From: Octopus bimaculoides
Taxonomy: Eukaryota
Assembly: GCF_001194135.2 (NCBI RefSeq)
Contig: NC_069000.1
Coordinates: 19,081,015 to 19,125,249 of the forward strand
Direction: 5' to 3'
Length of the DNA stretch: 44,235 bases
Shown here: piece by piece, positions 1 through 12,674 of the stretch
Layout of the letters: each line of letters starts with the position of its first letter
How positions within the stretch are numbered: the first letter of the stretch is position 1
Position numbers and translations under genes: made by a program
The notes under the pieces: model-generated
What the model saw: the letters and a program-made list of their open reading frames with translations, nothing else
Database searches by the model: none
What the model was told of the DNA's origin: nothing

Positions 1-1018
1 AGGAAGATATGTATTTGAATTTTTCTTGTTATATATCACATTTAAATACAGACATTTTTATTCTGATGTTTAATCTTATATCTCACATTCTGTATTTGAC
101 ATATACTTGATTTTACATGATTGATATATATGCTAATTCATATTTATAATGTATAATATATAAATTTTAATTCTTAATATTACAAAGTATAATTTTTATT
201 CTTAATTTTTAATTCTTAATTTTTAATCTTTAATGTAAAAGGGATGTAAAATTAGATATATAATATTTTGAAATAGAACCTGAAGATGTGTTGGAAAGAT
301 TGTAAATCTGATGATTTCATATATGTATTTATATATGTATATATATGGGTATACAGTTGTGTATATTGTAATCTTCCAATACTGAAACACATGTAGTTCC
401 TAAATATAAGTATTAACTAAAGTAAGATATAATTAATGAAGTATATTATATACCCTACTGGTAATCTATACATATATAAAAATGAGAATTTATGTCTGTG
501 TGTGTGTGTGTGTCTGTGTGAATCCCTAAAACTCCAGAACTACACAACCAATTTCATTCAAATTTTACACATGCCTTACTTAGGGTCCCGGTTGTGTTTT
601 AGTAAAAAAAAATGTTAACTTCTTGCATACTTCCAGCCCAGAGCAACATCATATCTCCTCCACTATTTAAGTATTACGTGTCAAAAGTGAAACAAAAACA
701 CTGATGTCATTCGAACCGGAATCTCAAAAACATTGTTATTATTAAATTTATGCATTTCTAATCAATTTAGAGATATTTGTTATCGAGTTGCAGATTTTTA
801 ACAATGCATTTGGTGATTATTTGCTTTATTTCTTGGGCAAAATTTACAACTTAGAATAAAAGAATAAAATTATTATTTCATTCAAAAATTGATGAGCTTT
901 GTTTTTAGTGATGACTTGAAATGGTAAATATTTTTTCTAACTGTATTTGCTTGAAAAAGCATACTTTTCTTTATATTAAGCAATTCATTATAATTACTTT
1001 TACGATGTGCCTAAATAT

Positions 1019-1218
1019 GCAGAATGAAGCAGGACAGAATAATTAACAGCATTTCATCCAATTTTACATTCTGAGATCAAATTCTGCCGAGGCTGAATTC
1101 TCCTTTCATTTTTCCAGAGTCGATAAGATAAGTACCAGTTGAAAACTGGGGTTGATGTAATCAACTTATATCATCCTCTGAAATTGCTGACCATGTATCA
1201 AAATTTGAAACCAATATT
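1019..1218 (+). mobile_element. Degenerate tRNA-derived SINE (family B, same as 30401-30634)
   Basis: ttctgagatcaaattctgccgagg...gataagtaccagttg...ctggggttgatgtaatcaac aligns by eye to the intact copy at 30401-30634. Confidence 0.8.
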
Positions 1219-1632
1219 GAATGAACTTCATTCAAAATACAGAAAAATATTACAAGTGGATAAAGTATGAAATGTTTGATGACTTATTAAGTAAAACAAG
1301 ATAAACTCTTTAAAATTTCATGTGAAAATATCTGTAGTTAAGTTTAATTTTATCTCTGGGAAACAAATTCAACAAATAAGATTCATAGTGAAAGAAAATT
1401 GCAAAAATGATTGTTTTTCAAATTTGTTTTGTATAACAAATTCAGAATGGAAACATTGCTAATCAGAACATCAATTTCATAAAATCCAAATCTAGCTATA
1501 TTAGTAAATACATAAATAATAGAGCTATTAAATTAACTTTTAAAGCACATTAGTTTTGGTTTTATACTGTATACATGAAAAATATATGGTTTAAATATTT
1601 ATAGATATCCAAAGAGATTTTTTAAAAACTAT

Positions 1633-1790
1633 GCGCAGGAGTGGTTGTGTACTAAGTCGCTTGCTTACCAACCACATGGTTCTGGGTTCAGTCCAACTGC
1701 ATGGCATCTTGGGCAAATGTCTTCTACTATAGCCTCGGACCAACGAAAGCCTAGTGAGTGGATTTGGTAGATGGAAACTGAAAGAAGTCC

Positions 1791-1855
<65 letters not shown>

Positions 1856-2066
1856 GTTTATACTTGTGTGTCTGTGTTTGTCCCCCCACCATTGCTTGAC
1901 AACCTATGTTGGTGTATTTACATCCCTGTAACATAGCAGTTTGGCAAAAAAAAACTGATAGAATAAGCACTAGGCTTACAAAGAATAAGTCCTGGGGTCG
2001 ATTTGTTTGATTAAAGGTGGTGCTCCAGCATGGCCGCAGTCAAATGACTGAAACAAATAAAAAAAA
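1633..2066 (+). mobile_element. tRNA-derived SINE (family A) with internal (TG)n(TA)n microsatellite
   Basis: tRNA-like head (ggagtggttgtgtac...gggttcagtcc), central microsatellite, body gaataagtcctggggtcgatttg...ccagcatggccgcagtc, A-rich tail; homologous segments at 5272-5570, 16985-17280 and 41030-41225. Confidence 0.85.
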
Positions 2067-2069
2067 GTT

Positions 2070-3838
2070 TTTGAAATGGAGAAAACTTTTGACATAGTCT
2101 CCCGATCCCTTATCTGGTAGTCAATGCAGAAACTAGGGATAGACGAGCAGTTGGCAAGAACCATACAAGCCTTGTACAGAGACGCTACCAGTAAGGTGAG
2201 GGTGAACGAGTACAGTGAAGAATTCAAGGTACAAGTAGGGGTTCACCAAGGATCGGTGCTCAGCCCCCTCTTGATCATCATAGTCCTCCAGGTAATAACA
2301 AAAGAATTCAAGACAGGCTGTCCCTGGGAGATCCTCTATGTTGATGACCTTGTTCTTATAGCTGAATCACAACCAGAACTAGAGAAGTTCCAGGTATGGA
2401 AGCAAGGTCTAGAATCAAAGGGCTTTAGAGTTAACCTAGCAAAAACCAAAGTCATATTAAGTAGGAAGACAAACAAATTGCAAATCCCTTCAGGTAGATG
2501 GCCCTGCTCAATCTGTAGAAAAGGAGTAGGTGGAAACTCCATAAGATGCACCCAGTGTAAGCTTTGGACACATAAAAAGTGCAGCAACATCAGAGGAAGG
2601 TTAACAGGGAAACTAACTTTTGTATGTAGAAGGTGCACAGGTACAATAAACACTGCAAATGCGTAGAAAACAAACTATCAACTGCCAGTGGGGCAAGCTA
2701 GAGGTAGTAGATAGCTTATGTTATCTAGGCAACCAAGTTAGTAGTGCAGGTGGATGCTCCGATAGCATAGCTGTAGAACAAGATTAGGCTGGGCAAAGTT
2801 CAGAGAGCTCCTACCTCTGCTGGCAACAAAGGACCTCTCTCTCAAAGTGAAAGGTAGATTGTTTGATGCCTATGTATGAACAGCTATGCTGCATGGCAGT
2901 GAAACATGGGCTATGACAGTCGAGGGCATGCATAGGCTTGAAAGAAATGAAGCCAGTATGCTTTGCTGGATGTGCAATGCCAGTGTGCATGTTTAAGAGA
3001 GTGTAAGCATCTTGAGAGAAAAGTTAGGGATTAGAGGAATCAGATGTGGTGTGCAAGAGAGACAACTGCAATGGTATGGTCATGTAATATGTATGGACGA
3101 GGACAGCCTTGTAAAGAAGTGCCAATCTCTAACTGTGGAGGGAACCTGTGGTAGAGGTTGGCCCAGGAAGACATGGGATGAGGTGGTGAAGCATGATCTT
3201 TAAACTTTGAGCTTTACAGAGGCAATGACTGGTGGCTGAAACCTTTGGCGATGTGCTGCGCTCAAAAGGACCCGTCAAGCCAAGTGCACCTGTGCTGGTG
3301 GTATGCAAAGAACATCTTTTTGAATGTTGAGCCTCACGGAGGCAAAGTGGCTGAGTTCCTCTCGAGTGTTGGGCCTGATGGAAGTAAAGTGGTTGAGTTC
3401 CTTTTGAGCATTGGGCCTCATGGAGGCAAAGTGGCTGAGTTCCTTTCAAGTGTTGGGCCTCACAGAGGCAATGACCAAGACCTTTGGCATTATGTCGTGC
3501 TTGAGAAGAAGACCCATCAAGCTGAGCGAAATTGCAGTCATAGCAGATACTGGTGTCACACAAATTGACACCCTTGTCAGTGGCACACAAGTATGTGCCT
3601 GGTGTCACGCAAATGGCACATAAAGGCACCCATTACACTCTCAGAGTGATCTGCATTAGGAAGGGCATCCAGCCGTAGAAAGCCATGCCAAATCAGACTG
3701 GAGTCTAGTGCAGCCTCCCAGCATGCCAGCCCAGTTAAACCGTCCAACTCATGCCAGCATGGACAACAGACATTAAAGAAGAAGAAGAAGAAGAAGAAGA
3801 AGGCGGCGACGACGACGACGACGATGATGATGATGATG
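2070..3838 (+). mobile_element. 5'-truncated RTE-clade LINE: RT C-half, PHD-type finger, C-terminus, 3' UTR and trinucleotide tail
   Basis: ORF 2124-2666 has GVHQGSVLSPLL and LYVDDLVL RT motifs, then a C4HC3 finger; ORF 3012-3203 has RQLQWYGHVICM...GRGWPRKTW; the 3' end gcattaggaagggcatccagc...ccagcatgg is followed by (GAA)n(GAC)n(GAT)n. Confidence 0.93.
3331..3470 (+). repeat. 42-bp tandem repeat (about 3.3 units) in the RTE 3' region
   Basis: Units gcctcacggaggcaaagtggctgagttcctctcgagtgttgg start at 3331, 3373, 3415 and 3457. Confidence 0.9.
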
Positions 3839-4540
3839 TCTTCATTATTTCATATAAAGTTCACAAAAGTTTCACATTTATGACTGAAAGGTTATTTTGT
3901 ATTCAGTTTGAAAGGTTTAAACATTTGAATTTCTGGTCAAAGATGTTGCAAATATTTAAATTAACAAAATCTTTTTATATCTAATTGTTTCAGAACTAAT
4001 TCCCATCCTAACTCGAACTACATTATTTTGCACAAAGAAAAGACTAGAATTCAAAAATAAATCTGAATCACCCCTCAAAAAATATATTTAATCCAAATAA
4101 TACAAGTAGAAATTAAGAAGTAACATTAATTTTTTAAAATTAGCAACTATGTGTAAACAATAGGCTTAAAGGAAAATTACTCTATATTTGTCTAATTATA
4201 TAATAGTAATAATAATAATAATAATAGTAATACTAAAGCTTATACATGTAATTGAAAATGCAGTCATTAATGAAAGTGCTAAGTCCTCTTGTAAGGTAAC
4301 ATTAGATGAAATGATTCAGCGACAAGAACTCTATCTTTCTACTATAAAACTGCGCAGCTGTATTGAATAGCTTGAAGTAAAGATCCAAACATACCAAATC
4401 AAAGTTTTTATGCAAATGAAGATGCAGTACTTCATTATATATCAAAATTATGTTATCAATTTATCTGTCTATGCTAAGAAGCCACAATCTGTGTGTCTCT
4501 CAAGCAGAAACAGATATTTTGATAACATTTGCTTTTCCAG

Positions 4541-4627
4541 ATAAGGCGTCAAGTCTTATTCCCAACCTTCTATCACATAACATAATCTATACTATAATAA
4601 AGAAAACTGCTTATCAATTAGTTTACA
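4541..4627 (+). CDS. Isolated candidate exon (DKASSLIPNLLSHNIIYTIIKKTAYQLVY), product unknown
   Basis: Acceptor tttgcttttccag, donor CA|gtatgt, 87 nt, open in phase 1-1; no supported partner exons. Confidence 0.25.
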
Positions 4628-4804
4628 GTATGTAGTGTTTGTAAAAGAAAGTAATTTTAAAGTCTCTACTGTCTAGAAATTTTTTTTTAATTCTAATTCT
4701 AATATGTATCTGTTAATCAAAATTTTTATCAAAACCTGATTTTCAATATCCTTTTATTATTAAAGATCTCAACAACAGAAAACAAATTTGAATTTACAGC
4801 AGCA

Positions 4805-5271
4805 TAGTGTTTTTTAACACTGCATGATATGTGTTCCTTTTTGTCTTCAAAACGATCCATTTCTCAACTGTATTGTGACTTGCAATAAAAAGTGGATTTT
4901 GTACAATGATAAAAAATGTTCTTCGCAGTGGTTGGACCAAAATGAAGCACCGAAAGCCTTCCCTAAACCTAAGTTTTTCAAAAAGAAGGTTATGGTAATT
5001 GTTTGCTGGTGTACTGCTGGACTCATCTGCTATAACTTCTTAAAACCCAGAAAAGCATTACTGTGGAAACATATTGCCATGAAATTGCCAAAATGAACGA
5101 AAAACTGCTACTCCTCCATCCCAGACTGGTCAACAGAAGAGGATCAGTTATTCTTCATGACAATACTCGACCACACTTTTCTCTAATGACACTCCAGAAG
5201 TTGAAGGAACTTGGCTATGAAGTTCTTCCCCACCGAGCTTATTCCTCAGACCTTTCTCCTATGGACTACTA
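4805..5271 (+). mobile_element. Mariner (DD34D-type) transposase relic, catalytic region
   Basis: FLNCIVTCNKKWILYND, KKVMVIVCW, VILHDNTRPH and YSSDLSPMDY match mariner TCDEKW / HDNARPH / YSPDLAPSDY motifs; frameshifted and truncated by a SINE. Confidence 0.92.
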
Positions 5272-5302
5272 CTGAAACTGAAAGAAGCCCGTCGTATATA
5301 TG

Positions 5303-5377
<75 letters not shown>

Positions 5378-5570
5378 ATCTGTTTGTGTGTCTGTGTTTG
5401 TCCCCCCTCCCCAACATCGCTTGACAACCGATGCTGGTGTATTTACATCCCCATAACTTAGCGATTCGGCAAAAGAGATTGATAGAATAAGTCCTGGGGT
5501 CGATTTGCTCGACTAAAGGCGGTGCTCAATCATGGCCACAGTCAAATTGCTGAAACAAGTAAAAGAGTAT
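5272..5570 (+). mobile_element. 3' half of family A SINE joined to the mariner relic
   Basis: actgaaagaagcccgtcgtatat...gtttgtccccc...gataagtcctggggtcg matches 1770-2060. Confidence 0.85.
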
Positions 5571-5778
5571 ATATTTCCCAGATTCGTAATTTTTGTATTT
5601 TTCAATGAGGATAAAAAAAAAAATTANNNNNNNNNNGAATAAGTCCTGGGGTCGATTTGCTCGACTAAAGGCGGTGCTCAATCATGGCCACAGTCAAATT
5701 GCTGAAACAAGTAAAAGAGTATATATTTCCCAGATTCGTAATTTTTGTATTTTTCAATGAGGATAAAAAAAAAAATTA
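5485..5778. other. Probable assembly artefact: 142-bp exact duplication across a 10-N gap
   Basis: 5485-5626 is repeated identically at 5637-5778 on either side of the Ns. Confidence 0.85.
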
Positions 5779-5789
5779 GAAATTAAGGT

Positions 5790-6085
5790 ACGGGGGGGAA
5801 TTCAAAATTTTGAAAACATGATTTCTGGGCAAAATCATATTAACCCCTTTTATACAATGAAAGAATATATATATAGTTTATGATTCTTCTTAAGAACAGA
5901 AAGTACTTTTATGCAAACCCATGCAGATTGTACTCTCCCCCACTTCACTTTTAAACAAACAATAACTTTCATTATGCTTGTAATCCAGTTCACTATATTT
6001 CAGCTATGCCAATTCTGCCCATAAGAAAGGAACAAATAATACAATGTGACTGTAGGTCATAACATCCGATCAACACCAGGATTCA
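5790..6085 (+). mobile_element. Helitron-like non-autonomous element relic (3' part)
   Basis: Co-linear with 20317-20568 (tcttaagaacagaaag...caaacccatgca...cacttttaaacaaacaataac...gccaattctgcccataagaaag); terminal hairpin decayed and CTAG missing. Confidence 0.65.
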
Positions 6086-6089
6086 TGGG

Positions 6090-8235
6090 AAGAAAACAAC
6101 TGAAAAAACAAGCTGTAGCTTTGAAGTGACAGTAGCATGAGCTGAAAGTGCCAAAAACGCCTTTCACAATGTTCATGGGTACAGCCCAAATAAACTTGTT
6201 TTTGGAAGAAATATTAATCTACCTTCCTTTCTAAATGTTAAACTTACTGCATTACAAGGTATATCCACTAATAAAATTGTAGCATATAACTTGCATGGTG
6301 AGCACGCTGCTAAAATGGTGTTCATAGAGGGTGAGTCTTCAAAGAAATTAAGACATGCTTTTACCACCAATTTAGGAAAAGTATGGAACAGTCTACAAAA
6401 TGGTGATGTTTCTTTATAAAATATATGAGTGTGATAGATAGCTTGATCTAGGAACTGTCATAGGTTGACAGCATAAACAACTGCTTGCTAAACATGGTGG
6501 TACATATGTAAGAGTGCATCCATCTCATTTGGTACTATCCTGAAGCATATGAAAGGTCTTCAGAAGATAAGAATAGTGATCTTGTTACCCCTTAAATGGA
6601 TATAATGATATTTCCAGAAAATCTATTTATGAGGAGAGTTATATGGATTTCAAACTGAAAATACCAAATACCTGAACATGTTGAAAAACAGCAAATAATG
6701 AGAACAAGAAATAGGCCACCTAAATAAAAAAATTTCCAAAAATGATTATGTTTCTCAAACCAGTACAGACTATTGATGAGGATCTGCAATGGAGAAGATT
6801 GAATATAATGAGTAGGGGAGGTAAAGCAACAGGTAAAAATAAATGTTTAGTGAATGTGGCATAAGGTGAGCCATTTTGGTTGGATTTTGAGCTTGGAGTA
6901 CCTGAATGGTGAGCTAAAGAAGATAAACAAAGAAAAGAAGCACTTCTTAGATAAAAGAAAATGGTTTCTTCCTCCTCAAATACTGACTTGGATAAAGCAA
7001 AGAAAAGGTAACTTCCAAGTCGAATTGAGAACCAATTTTATATGCAGGAACCTTATCAAGGTTAACCCAAGATATCCACAAGATGGATTTATACAAATAA
7101 AATGTCAAGTGATAAACAAACTTGTAAAGCTACGCTTGTGACAGGAGACTTTTGGGGTAAATACTAAAAATTACTTCTTCTGCACATTCAAAAGTGAGCC
7201 TATGTATAGTATAACATGAGTAATCATGGCATCTCATGGCTGGGTTGCAAATCAATGGATATCAAGACTGCATTTTTACAGAACAAGAAATTAGATGATT
7301 AGTTTGCTTAGATCCTCCTCAGGAAACCAATGTACTTCCAGGTTACAGATGGAAACTTAAAATGTTTATATGGCTTAACTGATAATTCAAGAGCTTGGTA
7401 TCTAATGATTAGAGAGGAATCAGTGAAGTTAAAAGCAGTCATCTCAAAATATGATCAGGCAATATTTACATGGTACTGTTGAAATTGCTTAATATCATTG
7501 CTATTCATGTTGTTGACTGTGCTTTAATTAAAATTAAAGAAGTAACAGAATTTTAGTATACTGGATTAAAATATTAAAAAGAATGAAGAGTAATGTTAAA
7601 TTTGGACAGGACAAATATGTAAAGAAATTGAAATCTATTTCAAAGGAAAATAACGACCCTAGAGGACAGAATATCAACTATAAAGATTACAGATATTAGG
7701 CCACTGATAAGTCAACTAAATTACTTAGTCACACAAAGAAAACCAGATTTGAGTTATATTCATGAGTTAAGTTCCATTCTAAAACAGGAAAAAAATTGAG
7801 TATATTAAACAAGTAAAAACAGTAAAGAAAGCAATGAAGGAACAACCTCATATAGTTATTCCAGAGTAGGGCAATTTTGATTGTTTATAAATAATGGCAT
7901 ACAATGATACCTCATTTTTCAAGCTGAAAATGGGGATCACAAGAAAGCTACATTAACCTTTTGATTATAGAAGAATTGTCCAAAGTATTCCAGCTGCAGA
8001 AACATGTTTTTTTTAATTAAAAAATGTTACTGGAATTGTAACAGTTCAAGGACAATAGCGTAAATATAAAAATAGCTTGCAAAACCAACAATTCTTACAT
8101 CTATGCGAGAAAGGATAAGCAAAAAGGAAATTGAAAAGGTCTTATGGATTCAAACAAATATACAAATTGTTAACTCCTTTACATAAGAAGGGAGACCATC
8201 CTTTGAAATGTTTTAGTTTATAACAGAGCCTAAGG
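6090..8235 (+). mobile_element. Ty1/copia LTR-retrotransposon pol relic (integrase C-terminus, RT, RNase H)
   Basis: Hand translation across frameshifts gives AKNAFHNVHGYSPNKLVFGRNINLP (IN), then KSMDIKTAFLQ, LYGLTDNSRAWYL, SKYDQAIFTWY, IAIHVVD, ISQLNYLVTQRKPDLSY (RT), then KEIEKVLWIQTNIQIVNSFT (RNase H end); IN-RT-RH order is copia-type. Confidence 0.85.
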
Positions 8236-8346
8236 AATCTTCAGAATAACTGTTAAAGTTAAATTCTTTTCTTATTTTTCTTAAAATCCAAAACCTTGTA
8301 TTAGCATGAACACACAACTGCCAGGCACCCGTAAAGACCAAACGTA

Positions 8347-8381
<35 letters not shown>

Positions 8382-8449
8382 GAAATGTATTGTCAATATT
8401 TGAAGGGAGATTATTCATCCCTTAATGAGAAAAAATTATCCCTAATTAC

Positions 8450-8551
8450 CAGAGGAGTGAGGAGGCGACAGTAGAGAAACAGGAAATGCAGGTGGATATG
8501 TTTGTTGATGAGTTGATTCTTTTATAAAATGATAGAAAGCTTTTGCTGTAC
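8450..8551 (-). CDS. Candidate internal exon of minus-strand host gene (GTAKAFYHFIKESTHQQTYPPAFPVSLLSPPHSSG)
   Basis: Acceptor aatactttcag, donor CTG|gtaatt, 102 nt, phase 1-1, GC-richer than flanks, phase-compatible with 9471-9516. Confidence 0.65.
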
Positions 8552-9470
8552 CTGAAAGTATTGATTTTTTTTTTCAAATTTAACATTACAAAGAATGATA
8601 TTGGAGGAAAAGTAGATGGCAGATGCTTTCTTTCTTGATTAATAATAATTTTTCACAGTGACCAAAGTCTAGTCATGGGAGGGGATGTAATCGATTAAAG
8701 CAACTATAATTGATGTCAGAATTTGACTGGCATTTATATAAAACACACACACACACACGCACACGCACACACACACAGTCTTGTGTGTAAGTATGTACTG
8801 TCTGAATATTTGTGCACGTGTGCATTATTAGAAGGTATGTATGTGTTTTATATTTATTGTATCTGTATGTATGTATATATCTTTCAATGACAACACGTTT
8901 CTTTTCCATGCTGATGTAATAAGGAACAAAAACCTTGTTTTAAAGGTTGCAGAGACCAGAAATATACTGGAACATATTTTTGACAAAACAGAGTATTTTA
9001 AAAGTTCAAACATTTTATCATGACAATATATTGTTTTCCCTAAAATTGTGGAACATACAGAGACTTCATACATTGACATACAAAATATAATTGGCCTTAA
9101 TTACTTCGCCAATAATACTTACATGGAAAAAGACCTCTTTGTCAGTATGGTAATAACTCAAATGATATAAATACTGAAACCCTAAAACAATCTACAAGCC
9201 AAAAATTCTCATGAACAATTTCTCCAGAGAACTATTTAGTTTTATTCACTTATAGACAACTGGGGAAAATTGTAGTAATAAACAGACGTATCTGTTCAAT
9301 GTTAAAAGTTATTTCAAAGTTAATTCAAATAGAGTTACAAAATAAATAATAAACAAAACATCATAATAAATCGTATGAAAATATTTTAATCACTGTTATA
9401 TTTGGTGTAAGATATTTGTACTTTAAGAAACATGTAACTAAGTAAAATTAGCTGAAACTTTATTACCTAC

Positions 9471-9516
9471 CTTCCTCATAACTAGAATACCATTCAATAT
9501 TCCTGATAGAGATTAC
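9471..9516 (-). CDS. Candidate internal exon (VISIRNIEWYSSYEE-G)
   Basis: Acceptor tttttagcag, donor AAG|gtaggt, 46 nt, only phase 0 to 1 is open, joins 8450-8551 in frame. Confidence 0.65.
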
Positions 9517-10356
9517 CTGCTAAAAACCACATGTTTATACTAACACTCCAACAAATAACATTGCTAGACAATATTGTCTCTACCTCAATGATATATAATA
9601 TTAGAATTAACTGTAATTTAAAGCAAGGAATTAATGCTTTCAGCTGAGACAGATATTGAAAATTACAAATTTTTCTAAATTTATAATTTTAGTATATAAG
9701 TGGTTGAGTATCAATGAAGAAATATATTTTTAGTTCAATTAAGAGATAATATTTTTTTATGATATTAAATTTTTCAGACTATTATCTTTATCTTTCCCAC
9801 TTATTAGAAAAACATTTTGATGCTTAATATTTCAATTTATGAGTAAATACATAAACATATTGAATTTCAATTTCTAGTGGTATGAAAAGATTTGAATTAT
9901 CATAAGTTTGCTAAATCCTGTTTCTAGATTCCAATTTACAAAGTCAATGCTTATGCTGCCAATATTCTTCAAACAATTTCTCTAATGGAAATTATTTTAC
10001 ATACATCTGAACGGCAAGAAATTTAACAGCATTATATTGACAAATATTTTAAGCCTATTTCTTCATAATACCACTTTCATAGTTCATCAAATTTCAATAA
10101 TTGCATAAATTCATGGTAAATTCTTTTCCTTATATTAATTACTCAACTATGAAGTATTTTCATTTATTGGACTGAAACAGTAATAATTTTCAAAACTTTT
10201 ATAAAACCAAGTTTCAGAACAGAAGCTTAGCCAATAAAGGCAAAAATCAATTTCTGATAGATATGATATAAGAATAAAATAGGTGACCAACCAAAATAAA
10301 TGCATAAATAATACAAAGTATTTGACATCGTTACCAATATCTTTAATATGCATGCA

Positions 10357-10401
<45 letters not shown>

Positions 10402-10741
10402 NNNNNNNNNNCCCCACCCCCGAGACTTTTAAACTTAGATTAGGAGCGTGTATAAGAATAAAATGTTACTCATTTTACCAATCACCAATCACATGTTCAT
10501 GGCTATAGCCAGGATGGCATGATCAGACATTGGTTATATGTACTGTCCAAGCAAAATGATATCTCACAAAGAGGTTAGATTGCTAAAATAACGTTGCATT
10601 GTTCTATGATAATGATAATAAATTTTATGTTTATTATATTTCATAGTTATGCCCATGGGAGAGATCATATCGATCAAAGTTGTTCACTATGTTATTAATA
10701 TATTGAAAGAATTCAGAAGTACAAAATATACATAAATATAC

Positions 10742-10812
10742 ATTGTTTTTGTATATATATTGGCTGCCAGAATGTATGCTTGTAAAAATTCTCTTTGTGT
10801 TTCAATAACCTA
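10742..10812 (-). CDS. Candidate exon, frame ambiguous (RLLKHKENFYKHTFWQPIYIQKQ, or 10732-10809 VIETQREFLQAYILAANIYTKTMYIY)
   Basis: Strong CAGTAG tandem acceptor after tgtttttttt; two alternative gtatat donors; both readings are open. Confidence 0.45.
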
Positions 10813-11274
10813 CTGTAAAAAAACACAAAGGTGTTCCTGCCATGGCAATCCAATAGGTACATCATTTAACATAGAAGCAATGGTTATCACTGAATATAAA
10901 GCTAAAATCAGCATGACTGCGGAATTACAAGCTTCAACTTTTAATATGGAAGGATGTAAAAGACATAATGTAAAATGTAAATATTTCCATGATGAAATAC
11001 ATTTACATACTTTCATTATGAAGAATACACTTTATCTTCAAAATTTCATCTTCACATTGAATAATTACAGAATTCGAAGAACAGAAGCATTTATTTTTTT
11101 CAGTTTGTGTTCACATTTTGATAATTTCAGTATGTATGTATTATTCATTATTCCTTAATTTAATCTCCACATTAAATAATTAAAACTGTACTTTCAATAA
11201 TGAAAGTATTTTAATTCTAATTGAAGTATTTGAAGAGCAGAAGTATTTCAGTTATGTCACATTAAGATAATCTT

Positions 11275-11405
11275 TTCTATTCTAGGCACAAGGCCCAAAA
11301 GGAGTGGGGGCCAGTCAATTAGATCAACCCCAGTATGCAACTGGTACTTAATTTATCAACCTCCAGAAGGATGAAAGGCAAAGTTAACCTTGGTGGAATT
11401 TGGTT
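11275..11405 (-). mobile_element. Family B SINE 3' fragment
   Basis: Reverse complement of ...gcctttcatcc...aagtaccagttg...ggggttgatc. Confidence 0.75.
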
Positions 11406-11844
11406 CACATTTAGATAATGTAGGTACTTATATATTTCAATAACAAAAGCATTACATTTTGGCCTTCCATACTGAAAGTAGGCAGCAGTAATTCCATTGT
11501 ACTTGTGTAGTACCTTTTAGACAGTACTGGCCACCTTTTATAACTTACAGTGGGAATGTTCAAAGGTCACTTTTGATATTGTTGTTTTGTTTAGATTTGT
11601 GACTTTTACAATGTAATTTATAAACAATTAATGATAATTCTGACTAAACATCCTTTTTATAAACTAAGAAGTCAGTGCATATTGTAGACAGTATATAATT
11701 TTTTTTGAGGATTTCTGTCCCTAATTAGTGTTGCACATTATATACAAGTACATATTATATACAAATATATACTGAAAGTTAACTAGAACTTAGCTATGTT
11801 GTATTTTTAAAAACAACTAAATGACATCTATAACTTCTGTTGTA

Positions 11845-11975
11845 GGTTCCCCTGTCTGTTTTGGCATGGTTTCTACAGCTGGGTACCCTTCCTAACACCA
11901 ACCACTTTACAGAGTGTACTGAGTGCTTTTATGCAGCACTGGCATGGGTGTTTTTTTTTACATGGCACCAGCACA
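11845..11975 (-). mobile_element. RTE 3'-tail / RTE-tailed SINE fragment
   Basis: ggcatggtttctacagctgg...cccttcctaacacc is the reverse complement of the tail at 3655-3690. Confidence 0.7.
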
Positions 11976-12674
11976 TTTAAAAAAATTTCTATAAATGTAA
12001 AATCTACCACTAGCAAATTAGTAATATTTTGCATCTAATAAAAACTAAATAATTTATCTAAAGCAGCCAAGAATGCTGCATATAATATCTAAGTTGAACC
12101 AATCAATCGCCTACATCACGAAATTCAATCATATTTTTATATATATTACCTCAGCCACTAACTGTTTAAAAATATTTTGATAAGGTCAATACTACAAATA
12201 TCTAAGTTACATGAATACTTTAATATGAAAAATTATTGAAGTCGGCATTATATTTTACATCATATACGATGCATATAACAACTCAAATCACCTTTATAAT
12301 GCAAGAGAAAACTTGGTTTATGTGCAACAACTACTCCACATTCATAAATTTCTTTCATGATACACAATTATAAGTTGAATTGACTTTTCATATTAACATA
12401 GATTTATATACATCAAAAATATTTAGATCAGAGATGCCTTCAATGTTGTTGAAAATAGTATCTAACATTAACATAGTTCTTTAACAAGAATACTGAATGA
12501 AGAAAATTAAGTTAAAGCCTCAAGATTTTCATAATCTCCCAACAGGAATGTGCATGGACATATTACATTTAACTGTTTTTACCTCCAATTATCTGAATGC
12601 AAATTGCTTTACATTCAATTGCTCAATCAACCCCAAACCAACAGGAGTGATAAATAAAATCATAAATGTATTAC

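Noticed and set aside
627-660. Minus-strand candidate exon WRRYDVALGW / GGDMMLLWAG
   Set aside because: Frame ambiguous and lies in repeat-like sequence
3129-3629. 166-aa minus ORF and 107-aa plus ORF with internal repeats
   Set aside because: Frames through the RTE 3' UTR 42-bp array; stop-free by repeat structure
5485-5778. Apparent 142-bp tandem duplication
   Set aside because: Exact copy straddling a 10-N gap; most likely an unmerged contig overlap
10760-11158. 132-aa plus ORF
   Set aside because: No recognisable motif; overlaps the better-supported minus-strand exon
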